From assembly GCA_001002405.1 (NCBI GenBank), contig LCOA01000002.1, positions 1-54,801 of the forward strand: a stretch of DNA of 54,801 nucleotides, written 5' to 3'. This DNA is from Candidatus Amesbacteria bacterium GW2011_GWA1_47_20 (GTDB lineage: Bacteria; Patescibacteriota; Microgenomatia; CAZETR01; Amesbacteraceae). How positions within the stretch are numbered: position 1 is the stretch's first letter; each line of letters begins with the position of its first letter. Below are positions 17,213 to 25,641 of this stretch, piece after piece. The notes under the pieces are model-generated. The model searched no databases. It worked only from the letters and a program-made list of their open reading frames with translations, and was not told the DNA's origin. A program made the translations under genes and the position numbers.

Positions 17213-18362
17213 ACCGCCATGATAACCAAATAAAGGAGGCCAGCGCAAGTAAAATGAGAAGTTGGATGTTGAGGGTTGAGGAGAGCCAGGTGACCAAGAT
17301 GGGCCAACGGGGGTACCACCAGTTGTGATATAAGTTGAGCCAGTGAAAAAGGGAGAGATAAATAAATGCCGGTAACAGGCGGCGGTCCCGGGCCAACCAG
17401 AAAACTAAAAAGACCAGAGCTGGCAACAGGTAGCGCTCGTGCATGCGGGTGAGGAAAAAGAAAGCGGACATGGTAATTAGAGCAGCGATGGGAAAAACAG
17501 AAAAGCGTTTACGGGTAAAAACGAAAAGCAGGAGGGCGGCAAAAAGCACATATCCCCAGAGGCGGTAATTGGCGTCGGGAATTTTGCCCAAACCCATGGT
17601 TAAGGCCCAGAAATTAAATGCGTGATCTACCACGTAATCCGAACCCGAACCGGTTTGGATGATGTGCCAGTACGTGGCCAGGGGCGGAGTGGCAAACGGT
17701 AAAAATGCCAGTAGAAACATAATCAACCCAACGGCCGCGGATTCGAGACTTTGAGCAATGCCGAAACGGCGGTAAAAAAATAGAACATACAAAGGAATAA
17801 AAATTATGGAAGACTGTTTAGTAAGCAGAGCCAGAGTAAAAGAAACGGCCGAAAGGAACGGGCGACGGGTGAGGAAAGCGGCTACCAGAAAAAATACCGG
17901 CACGGACTCGATTTGGCCCCAGGAGGCACTGTTGTAAAAAATAGCCGGATTAAAAAGAATCAGGGCGGCCAACCAGCGTTTTTTCGTAGCAGTATATACC
18001 AGCCAAGCAAGACCTATATCTGCGGTCATGGCCCAAATTTTGTGAAACGCCGGCTGGGTGTCTTGGTCTTGCAGCCACCAAATGATTTGCGAGGGGAAAA
18101 GGGGGTATTTAAGATTTAGGTTCCATGCCGTGCGAGATACAGTATCGAAAAGACCTTGGGACAGGGTGAAAAAAAACAAAGTAACCGGGGGATAAGTGGG
18201 AGTGAGAGTACCGTAGCGGGACATGAACTCCCGCTGATAGATCCCTGCCGGACCAAGAGAAAGAATGTCTCTACCCCAAGAAACATGGTTGTTGACATCA
18301 CCAGAGTAAATTTGGGTACTAAGGAATAATCTAAGAACCAGACCGAGGATAAAAAGTGTCAT
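17199..18362 (-). CDS. Polytopic GT-C-like membrane protein (Gpi18/ALG-like loop)
   Basis: SGDVNNHVSWGRDILSLGPAGIY...TYPPVTLFFF loop followed by many TM segments. ATG 18362 forms an ATGA overlap with the upstream stop; the track start 18458 adds a non-hydrophobic extension. Confidence 0.45.
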   Translation of the reverse strand: MTLFILGLVLRLFLSTQIYSGDVNNHVSWGRDILSLGPAGIYQREFMSRYGTLTPTYPPVTLFFFTLSQGLFDTVSRTAWNLNLKYPLFPSQIIWWLQDQDTQPAFHKIWAMTADIGLAWLVYTATKKRWLAALILFNPAIFYNSASWGQIESVPVFFLVAAFLTRRPFLSAVSFTLALLTKQSSIIFIPLYVLFFYRRFGIAQSLESAAVGLIMFLLAFLPFATPPLATYWHIIQTGSGSDYVVDHAFNFWALTMGLGKIPDANYRLWGYVLFAALLLFVFTRKRFSVFPIAALITMSAFFFLTRMHERYLLPALVFLVFWLARDRRLLPAFIYLSLFHWLNLYHNWWYPRWPILVTWLSSTLNIQLLILLALASFIWLSWRYAKR

Positions 18363-19960
18363 TTTCTGGCAACCAGATACAAAATAGGCTGGTTGTAGGC
18401 GTTGGTGCTGGTAAACAGGACTTGGATATTGTCGGGAGGAGTACGGCGCCAATCCCAATCGCCGGCCACATTGTCCCGCTGGGAAATAACATACAAACTG
18501 TTGGGAAGCAAAGATTCCATCCAGTTTGATTTATTGAAGTTGCCAAAGAAGTATTTACCGTCTAAAGAAAATCCGTCGTAATTGGGAACAATGTTGACCT
18601 GAGGCTGATCCAGGGTGAATTGGCGATGAAATTTGGCCGGTGAGTAACTCGTCCAAAACAGGAAGCGAATTAAAGACGGCTCATAAGTGTTGTTGATAAA
18701 GACGCGGGAGTAATTGGGGGCCAGACGAGCCAGCTCGGTCATAGCCTGCTGAAATCCCACATTCCACCACCGCCAGGAAGATTTGGCGTAATGGGCAACG
18801 TAGTAATGGGCCAGGTACACAAAATAAGAAATAAAGAATACAAGGAATAAGATATTAAGAACCCGAGGTAATTTGCGGGTAACTAATACTACGCCGGCAC
18901 CGGTAGCGACAGCTAAGGGTGGAAGCATTAAAAACAAGCGAGTGGCGTGGTAGCCCCCGTCGGAAGTAAGAGCGGCTGGGAGCGGGGCTAAAAACAACCA
19001 AGTCAACCACAACCATTGCTTACGGGAAGCCAGATACCACAGGCCGATTAGCACGAAAGGGAAAGAGATGGGTAAAAGCTCGCCGACGATCTGCATGCTC
19101 TGGCGGTAATCGGGGTCGCCGCGAATGAATAAAAAGTCAGTGGAAAACGGCCGGAGATAATTAGCTACGACAGCAGAAGCGTAAGTTTCGAGTTTGTTGT
19201 GCCATAAACGCCCGTCTTCGGCCTGGAGAAGGTTTAAGTTTTTGAAAATTTCCGGATTGGCAAAAATGCTTAATCCCCCGAAGCGGCCCCGGGCGGGACC
19301 AGAGATAATATTAAAAATTAAGGGAACAAGAAGTAAAGAAAAAAGAAGTAAGGAAATAAGTTTGGGGCGAACGCGGGTAAGAAAAATGAGTGTCACAAAC
19401 CATAAAGGAACAAAAAGGACGGCGGTGCTGTAGGTGTACATCGAAAGGGCAAAGGGCAAAGGACAAAGGGCAAAACGACGTTTGAGAAAGAGCAAAGTGC
19501 CAAGCATGACCAGGTCGAGCATGAAAACTACTTCGTAAGCGGCCCGCGAGTAGTAGATGTGCCAGGGAGTCACCGCCAAAACCAGAGAGCAGAAGAGCGA
19601 GAGAGTATAAGAGCGAGAGATATGATAAACGAGGAGAAATAAAATGAGCGACCCAAGAGTACCAAAAATAACTTCAGGCAAACGGACGCCCCAGACGGAA
19701 TTTCCCAGGGCGGCGATGGTAGGAACTGTGGCGTACATGAGAAGTGGGGCGCGCCATTCCGCCAGAGAATGAATGTAAGTAGGCAAGATCTGGCCATATA
19801 AGTCCCTTCCGGTTTGCAGAAGTGACCGGGCCTGGTATCCCACGTCAACCTCATCACCAAACAATTCCGGGGGGGCGATCTGCAGCAGCCCAACACGTAA
19901 ACCTAGGCTAAGTGCTAAAATGAGGCTTAGAATCCAACTCATGCTATCTGTCATTATCAT
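18359..19960 (-). CDS. GT39-like GT-C membrane glycosyltransferase, paralog 6 (operon head)
   Basis: PPELFGDEVDVGYQARSLLQTGRDLYGQILPTYIHSLAEWRAPLLMY plus VTPWHIYYSRAAYEV. Possible starts at 19960, 19954 or 19942 (MSWILSL...). Confidence 0.75.
   Translation of the reverse strand: MIMTDSMSWILSLILALSLGLRVGLLQIAPPELFGDEVDVGYQARSLLQTGRDLYGQILPTYIHSLAEWRAPLLMYATVPTIAALGNSVWGVRLPEVIFGTLGSLILFLLVYHISRSYTLSLFCSLVLAVTPWHIYYSRAAYEVVFMLDLVMLGTLLFLKRRFALCPLPFALSMYTYSTAVLFVPLWFVTLIFLTRVRPKLISLLLFSLLLVPLIFNIISGPARGRFGGLSIFANPEIFKNLNLLQAEDGRLWHNKLETYASAVVANYLRPFSTDFLFIRGDPDYRQSMQIVGELLPISFPFVLIGLWYLASRKQWLWLTWLFLAPLPAALTSDGGYHATRLFLMLPPLAVATGAGVVLVTRKLPRVLNILFLVFFISYFVYLAHYYVAHYAKSSWRWWNVGFQQAMTELARLAPNYSRVFINNTYEPSLIRFLFWTSYSPAKFHRQFTLDQPQVNIVPNYDGFSLDGKYFFGNFNKSNWMESLLPNSLYVISQRDNVAGDWDWRRTPPDNIQVLFTSTNAYNQPILYLVARK
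19444..19478. repeat. Heptanucleotide tract (AAAGGGC AAAGGGC AAAGGAC AAAGGGC AAAACGA) in paralog 6
   Basis: Encodes FALCPLPFAL. Same alignment position as the 14-nt duplication at 6483-6512. Confidence 0.85.
19928..19933 (+). promoter_or_regulatory. -10-like box for the GT2 gene at 19941
   Basis: TAGAAT, N7, ATG 19941. It lies inside the N-terminal codons of the divergent gene. Confidence 0.3.
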
Positions 19961-20822
19961 AAATCACGGAACACCGGATGTCACGCATAAATGTTTGCAG
20001 AACTTGTATAAATCCCGGGGCGTAGATTTTGAAACTATTCTGATCAACAACACACCTGAGGACAAAATAGCTTTCCCGAAAGTAATAATAATCAACAACA
20101 AAAAACGCCTGGGGTTCGGGGCCAATAATAACCAAGGAATGAAGATCGCTAAAGGCGACAAAATATTACTTCTGAATAGTGATTGCTTTGTGCGGCCGGA
20201 CACGCTGGCCAGGTGTGTCCGCTTGCCCTACGACGTGGTGGGCTGCCGATTGACGACGGCTGAAGGAGCGACATTGCCGTCTACCGGATACTTCCCCACT
20301 CTGCGCCGGGTAGCGCAAATGATAGTGTTTTTCGACAATCTGCCAATCGTGCGCAAAGTCATCGATACCATTCACATCCGGGATGTGTCCCGGTTAGACA
20401 AACCGCAGGAAGTGGACTGGGTCCAGGGAGCATTCATGCTCATATCACACCGGGTGTGTGAGAAAGTGGGGGGATTTAACGAAAATTTCCACATGTATGG
20501 CGAAGAAATCGAATGGCAATATCGTATAAAGCAGGCGGGATTTCATATCTGGTACTATCCCGAAACTTCGGCGGTGCATCTGGAACGGATGAGCATTAAA
20601 TCTCTGGGCCCGTCGTTTATTGGAGAGATGATGGGTTATTTATATTACTTTAAACTGCACCGACCAAAATGGGAGCAGGTACTTTTGCCATGGGTGTTGT
20701 TGTTTGGATGTGTGATACGAATTCCTGCGTGGGCAGTATGGAGAAAATGGGATCTGGTTCGAACTTACGTTAACGTTTTGCCCCAACTAGTTTCTGCAAT
20801 TTATGGCCGGATTAAAAAGTAA
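19941..20822 (+). CDS. GT2-family glycosyltransferase (rhamnosyltransferase-like subtype)
   Basis: LSVIIINHGTPDVT, LLLNSDCFV and DWVQGAFMLISHRVCEKVGGFNENFHMYGEEIEW. ATG 19941 preferred, since the track start 19920 lies inside a -10-like box. Confidence 0.8.
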   Translation: MLSVIIINHGTPDVTHKCLQNLYKSRGVDFETILINNTPEDKIAFPKVIIINNKKRLGFGANNNQGMKIAKGDKILLLNSDCFVRPDTLARCVRLPYDVVGCRLTTAEGATLPSTGYFPTLRRVAQMIVFFDNLPIVRKVIDTIHIRDVSRLDKPQEVDWVQGAFMLISHRVCEKVGGFNENFHMYGEEIEWQYRIKQAGFHIWYYPETSAVHLERMSIKSLGPSFIGEMMGYLYYFKLHRPKWEQVLLPWVLLFGCVIRIPAWAVWRKWDLVRTYVNVLPQLVSAIYGRIKK

Positions 20823-20845
20823 ATATTCCAAGTTTGGATCGATGG

Positions 20846-20870
20846 AATTCCCACCTTTCAGGTGGAAATT
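20846..20870. terminator. Weak hairpin between convergent genes (possible bidirectional terminator)
   Basis: AATT-c-CCACC / tttca / GGTGG-a-AATT: a 5-bp GC core plus a 4-bp AT extension with one mismatch. The right arm touches the stop codon at 20869-20871. Confidence 0.2.
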
Positions 20871-21420
20871 ACTTAGCCTTTTTTCGTAGTAGTAACCACT
20901 CCCCATAGTCCAATTCTTTAACGAATCGAGTCGGTGGTTTATATCGTGTTTGAAAATAAGCAAATGATTCCAAAGCGGATCCATGTCCTATTATAATCAC
21001 ATTCTTAGTTTGATTCCGAACTTTATTTAGATCCTCAAGAAAAGATTCCGCAACAAATTTGGGGGTAGACACTTCGTTGGGTAAATTATAACTTAGGTAA
21101 GAGTCAAAATATCTAGCTGTTACGTCCCTCTTACACGCCGAATTTGTGATCCATGAGTCTATATTCGATACTCTCATATTGGAAAATTTGGTAATTGATT
21201 TTAGGCCAAAAAATTGACGTGTCAACATAGCTGATTCAATCGTTCTGTTTGTATTGCTGGAAAATATCTCTAGGTTTTTTCTTATTCCAGGAACATTTTT
21301 AGAAATAATCTTACAGGTTTCAATTATCTGATTCCTCCCTTTTTCAGTTAACTTTCGATTAGGATTTGTTTTATCCCTTTCAGTTTTCCCATGCCTAATA
21401 AGAATAATTCTTTGAATCAT
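20869..21420 (-). CDS. Histidine phosphatase superfamily (phosphoglycerate-mutase-like) protein
   Basis: ILIRHGKTE (RHG motif) and a later IIIGHGSALE histidine. ATG 21420 preferred (track start 21438 is TTG). AT-rich. Confidence 0.75.
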   Translation of the reverse strand: MIQRIILIRHGKTERDKTNPNRKLTEKGRNQIIETCKIISKNVPGIRKNLEIFSSNTNRTIESAMLTRQFFGLKSITKFSNMRVSNIDSWITNSACKRDVTARYFDSYLSYNLPNEVSTPKFVAESFLEDLNKVRNQTKNVIIIGHGSALESFAYFQTRYKPPTRFVKELDYGEWLLLRKKAK

Positions 21421-21421
21421 A

Positions 21422-22822
21422 TTATTGGGTCGGCGCAAATCTAACCGGTATTTGAATGGCGTCCTTTTGCACGTGAACAGCTTTCGACTTTCTAGCCGTA
21501 ATTCCCACAGTTAATATCCCGCCATCGCCATACTGAGAATACAGCTCGACTCTAGTATACATTAACGAGTGGTTCAAATGGCCTGATTCGGTGTGCCAAA
21601 AAGGAAGGGGTGTTTGTTCTACTTTTAGTTGAAGAATATAGCTTGCTGGGGCTGTCATCAAGTCAGCAATCATAGTGCCTCTGCCGTCGTTTCCGTTGTT
21701 AGTCAATGAAACGCCTTTGGCTCCAGAACTGACTGTCTTTTTAATGACCCACTTATCCCCCTCCTTTTGCAATAAGCCAGCGACTTCATTCTTGTTGGCT
21801 TTTGTTACAAGTATTGTTGTGGGGAGATATTTCCTCAATGTCTGAATCGTTGACCACTTGAAATATTCTTGCAACCATTGATCAATCATGGGATCGTTTA
21901 GCCCATTACTTATAACCCCTAAAAGGGATTTATTGCATAAGAATCGATTTGGTGGTATTAAACAATAAACCGCTCCGTCCTTGTATAAGTCATATATGTT
22001 TTCCCCGCCAGCCCCCGCTGGTTTTACAAGATGGCCGTTTGGGTTAAGAGTGGGTATATTAACTAGCCATCGTGATTTTGATCTACCCACTTCTAATGGA
22101 TAGTTTTGTCCTGGATTTATTTTCAAGGATTCCTCAGTTGCCACTGTCAATTTTAGTCCGGCTTGTCTTGCTGCTGGTTGTAATAATTTTTCCATTTCTG
22201 CTAAGTAGAATCTTTCAGAATCACCCACTAATAAAAAGATTGTTTCGTCACCAACTGCTCCTTTAATTGCTTCAACAAAAGTTGTTCCAGGTATCTGGCC
22301 TATGATTTCTTTACTATTTAACAAAATGAATCCATCGTAATAGCCCATACCATGGGATTTGTCGCCTTCAATTTCAGCAATCTGGAAGTAGATTTGTCCT
22401 GCACTTTGGTCGGATTGCAACATCAAATCACATCTTGCAAATAATGGTAATTGATTGAACAACGCTTGGACACCCAATTCGTATTTGTTTATCCCCAAAC
22501 TCAAAGATTTCCAAATCATACCACCAGTGAGAGATCCCTTTAACGCATCGCTTTCTTTCAACGCGCTAAACATCTTTAAAGAGCCATGAAGAAAACCACC
22601 TGGTGCGTAAACTGCACTACTTATCTCTCTTAGTTCGTTTTCTTGTTCTCTATTAAAAAGTTTTACATTGGGAGACAATTCAAACCTGTATTTTTCCCTA
22701 TCTGATTCATTTGACCATAAAGACCCCTCCAATCTGGTCTTCTGGCTATTAATCAATTGGTTTAAAACAGGATTTTCTATTCCCATAAAAATCGCCCCTA
22801 TAAAAGGGGCGATTTGGGCCAA
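21422..22822 (-). CDS. ATP-grasp-like ligase of unknown substrate (glutathionylspermidine-synthase/circularly-permuted ATP-grasp-like)
   Basis: ARCDLML...IYFQIAEIEGDKSHGMGY (RxD...E.E pre-ATP-grasp-like), WVIKKTVSSGAKGVSL, YILQLKVEQTPLP and YTRVELY...GITARKS. The start is uncertain: TTG 22822 or ATG 22786. Confidence 0.45.
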   Translation of the reverse strand: MAQIAPFIGAIFMGIENPVLNQLINSQKTRLEGSLWSNESDREKYRFELSPNVKLFNREQENELREISSAVYAPGGFLHGSLKMFSALKESDALKGSLTGGMIWKSLSLGINKYELGVQALFNQLPLFARCDLMLQSDQSAGQIYFQIAEIEGDKSHGMGYYDGFILLNSKEIIGQIPGTTFVEAIKGAVGDETIFLLVGDSERFYLAEMEKLLQPAARQAGLKLTVATEESLKINPGQNYPLEVGRSKSRWLVNIPTLNPNGHLVKPAGAGGENIYDLYKDGAVYCLIPPNRFLCNKSLLGVISNGLNDPMIDQWLQEYFKWSTIQTLRKYLPTTILVTKANKNEVAGLLQKEGDKWVIKKTVSSGAKGVSLTNNGNDGRGTMIADLMTAPASYILQLKVEQTPLPFWHTESGHLNHSLMYTRVELYSQYGDGGILTVGITARKSKAVHVQKDAIQIPVRFAPTQ

Positions 22823-22996
22823 TCACTGTACCACCCTATTGCAGAAATCTACTAAAAATGAGGCGTATCAACCTTGACGTCCTCTTGAGATTTCTCTCGT
22901 TACAGCTATCATGGGCTTACCCATATTGCATTTGTGCAATCAGCTCGAAAGACGCGACTCTTTCTCAAACGCTTTTTAAATTGTAAACTTATAGTA

Positions 22997-23128
22997 CTAC
23001 TTCTTCTTTCTCCTGTCAAGTTTTTTTAAGTCCGATAAACGAATAGCAATATAAACTATCCCAAAAGCGATTATGGTCAGGGCAAAAGCAACGGCTGCCC
23101 GAACATTTATATCTAGTAAACTAGGCAC
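22997..23128 (-). CDS. Candidate unannotated 43-aa single-TM peptide
   Basis: GTG 23128 is preceded by AGGAGG (23141-23136) at 7-nt spacing. Translation (M)PSLLDINVRAAVAFALTIIAFGIVYIAIRLSDLKKLDRRKKK. Below the ORF-track size cutoff. Confidence 0.3.
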   Translation of the reverse strand: MPSLLDINVRAAVAFALTIIAFGIVYIAIRLSDLKKLDRRKKK

Positions 23129-23336
23129 TTTTACTCCTCCTGGCGTTCTTTCTTAAACGCAAAGCTAACACTAAACTTAATATACCTAAAACTATGTCAA
23201 TCGTCAATACTAACCAATTGGCCGGTAAACCTAACTGGAAAAAATTTGATACGATAAACACTGCCCCAAACCACCCAGCCGCCAAATTGACAAACAAGTC
23301 TGATAAAATTCCATACAGATCTTTTTGTACCGTCAT
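23121..23336 (-). CDS. Small two-TM membrane protein
   Basis: MTVQKDLYGILSDLFVNLAAGWFGAVFIVSNFF...LALRLRKNARRSKSA. ATG 23336 forms an ATGA overlap with the stop of the upstream GT2 reading frame; the track start is 23387. Confidence 0.4.
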   Translation of the reverse strand: MTVQKDLYGILSDLFVNLAAGWFGAVFIVSNFFQLGLPANWLVLTIDIVLGILSLVLALRLRKNARRSKSA

Positions 23337-24111
23337 ATTACACGAAATATTTTCGATATTTTTTGGCTGGTCCAGGTAATAAACCATAGTAAATAATGCT
23401 TGAGCGGGCCGTTATACCAGAGAGAGGCAGCGGCGTGATATTTTTGAGCGGCACCACCGGATTTGGCTGAACTTTGTCCATGTTCGTGGACAATGGTAAT
23501 CCCGGGGTGGAAAATTATTTTCATTCCTGCCTGACGGAGGCGGCGGCAATAATCCATATCTTCGTAGTAAATAAATACTTTCTCGGTAAATTTGCCTATC
23601 TTTACGATCGTACGTTTGGACAAGAACATACAGGCGCCAGAGATAGCGTTGACAGCAACGGGCTGGCTGCCCGTTGGGGTGTATTTTTGAGTCAGGCCTT
23701 TTTGGCCGAGCCAGTATTCGGCTCGGGAAAAACGGACCCCTGGGGAGTACCGTCAGGGTCAAGGAATTTGGGACCGAGGACGCCCACGTCGGAGTGAGAT
23801 TTGAGATATGCGATGGCTTTGGTAAAAAAATCTTTGGGTAGGAGGGTGTCGGGATTAAGAATCAAGATGTAATCCCCCGTCGCCCGCTCTAATCCCTGAT
23901 TCCACGCCCGGGGTACACCAACATTGGTTTTGTTTTGAATAAATTTGACTTTCTTTGGATGGATGGGGGTGGAAGAAGCATTGTCGATGACAATTATTTC
24001 CAGATTTGGATACTTGGTGGCTCGAATTGAGGCTAGGCACCGAGCCAACGAATCGGCTACGTTCCAATTGACAACAATTACACTAATTGAATTTGGCAAA
24101 GAGGTTTTCAT
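23333..24111 (-). pseudogene. GT2 glycosyltransferase interrupted by a single -1 frame change at an A5 run
   Basis: The N-terminal ORF 23692-24111 (SVIVVNWN, VIDNASS, ILNPDT) ends at TGA 23692-23694. The remainder (AVNAISGACMFLSKRT...YYEDMDYCRRLRQAGMKI) continues in the -1 frame. The frames meet at C-AAA-AAG (23704-23698). All expected motifs are present. Confidence 0.7.
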
Positions 24112-24913
24112 CTGTAACTTTTAAATAAGACCTTTCGGAGAGCCTGAATCTCACTATATTAGGCAAGTGCTCCAGGGCCATGAGGACAGGGCGGATAAAT
24201 CCTGGATGGAAGAAGATCCTGGCTAACAGTGCAGGTAGATGCTGGCTAAGACTAAATGTGAGACTTAAATAGTTAGGAGGAAGAGCTTTTTTGTAAGTAG
24301 ATTCAGGATGCGGGTGAGAAATTATTGCTTTGGGTTCCCAAATTATTAGGTACCCTCTTTTTTGAGCCCGGAAACCTATATCCAGATCCTCAAAGTATCC
24401 AGGCGTGAATAATGTGTCCAATCCCCCCAGTTCCTTCCAAATAGATTTGCGAAAGGCAGCACCTCCACCTGAACCCCAGAGAGAATAATGAATTTTGTTG
24501 TCTATCTCCCCGTTCGTGAATCCCAGAAATCCATTTTTAAAGCTGCCCTTAGCCCAAGATTGCGTTTGAGCGTTAAAGGTTACTGAAAACAGTTTTTTAT
24601 CTTTGAAATGGGGAAGCATGTTTTTTAAAAGGTCTGGGTGCGGGCTGGCGTCTTGATTCAAAAGGATGACGACGTCTCCCGTTGCCTGTCGAAAACCATC
24701 ATTAACAGTTTGAGGGAAGCGAGTATTGTGAAAATGACGAACTAGTTTAATTTGGGAATAATTTCGAGATAGAAAACTAACGGTATTGTCTGTAGATGCG
24801 TCGTCGACAATTATCACTTCATCAGCCTCTAGTTTCATGACCTGGGGAAGGTTTTTGGCTAATATCCTCTGCCCGTTGAAAGCGGGAATGACTACTGAAA
24901 CTTTAAAATCCAT
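24083..24913 (-). CDS. GT2-family glycosyltransferase
   Basis: VSVVIPAFNGQ, IIVDDASTDNT, LLNQDA and GYFEDLDIGFRAQKRGY. Confidence 0.8.
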   Translation of the reverse strand: MDFKVSVVIPAFNGQRILAKNLPQVMKLEADEVIIVDDASTDNTVSFLSRNYSQIKLVRHFHNTRFPQTVNDGFRQATGDVVILLNQDASPHPDLLKNMLPHFKDKKLFSVTFNAQTQSWAKGSFKNGFLGFTNGEIDNKIHYSLWGSGGGAAFRKSIWKELGGLDTLFTPGYFEDLDIGFRAQKRGYLIIWEPKAIISHPHPESTYKKALPPNYLSLTFSLSQHLPALLARIFFHPGFIRPVLMALEHLPNIVRFRLSERSYLKVTDENLFAKFN

Positions 24914-25641
24914 ATTGCTCTATAGGCAGGGGGGAAATTAATTTTAGACAGCAGAGGAGACACTAGGGGTAAGATTTTGTAGACGGAGGTCAACCAAGCG
25001 TTTTCACTAAATCCCAACATCAGCATGAATAACCACAAAAGGAAGTTGGTATTACCGAAACATGAAATAGATGCAGTTCGGCTATGTCGTAGTAAGGACT
25101 CATGAATATAAGAAGAAATGTTTTTATCTGAGGGTAACCCGTAGTGAGCATGCTCGTTTAAGTAGTTTGATTGTTGTTTGTGAGTAAAATTATAATAACG
25201 AAACAGAAGACGATCGCTCATAAATGCCGCTTTGCCTCGAGGGTAAGCTAGGTATATTTGGGACCGGGAGACCCTGACCATTTCGTCAATCATGTGTTTA
25301 CGTGTAGCTTCATCGACATGCTCTAAGGTGTCGACACAAATGACCACACTAAAAGACTTTGCGGGAAAGGGGAGTTTTTCGCCAGAAAATTTTATCATCT
25401 TCATATTTTTCTGACTGGCATTACCAAAATCTACGTCAACGCCAGTTACTTGGTAGCCTTTCCCCAAGTAAGGTAGAATGCCATACTCTCCAGAACCTAT
25501 CTCTAATATTGAGGGCTTGGACGAGAAAGTGTGTTTAATTTCTCGAGCGATGGGTAAGTAACGAAGAGCAACGGAAATATCCCACTTAGGATAAAGAGAC
25601 TGAGATTTTTGTAAAAGGATGGATTTAAGTTTTTTTAGCAT
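24892..25641 (-). CDS. Class I SAM-dependent methyltransferase
   Basis: Motif I ILEIGSGEYG, acidic residue in VTGVDVD, and FSVVICVDTLEHV (Methyltransf_11-like). Confidence 0.75.
   Translation of the reverse strand: MLKKLKSILLQKSQSLYPKWDISVALRYLPIAREIKHTFSSKPSILEIGSGEYGILPYLGKGYQVTGVDVDFGNASQKNMKMIKFSGEKLPFPAKSFSVVICVDTLEHVDEATRKHMIDEMVRVSRSQIYLAYPRGKAAFMSDRLLFRYYNFTHKQQSNYLNEHAHYGLPSDKNISSYIHESLLRHSRTASISCFGNTNFLLWLFMLMLGFSENAWLTSVYKILPLVSPLLSKINFPPAYRAIWILKFQ

Noticed and set aside
22823-22996. The 174-nt non-coding gap as a tRNA or small RNA gene, or as a rho-independent terminator (hairpin GAAAGA-cgcgac-TCTTTC, small hairpins TTGCA-caaa-TGCAA and GGGT-aa-GCCC).
   Set aside because: There are no tRNA-like conserved boxes or cloverleaf. 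The hairpins are short (4-6 bp) and none is followed by a U-tract on the relevant strand. I also could not place a convincing promoter. It is left as unexplained spacer and mentioned under the islet finding.
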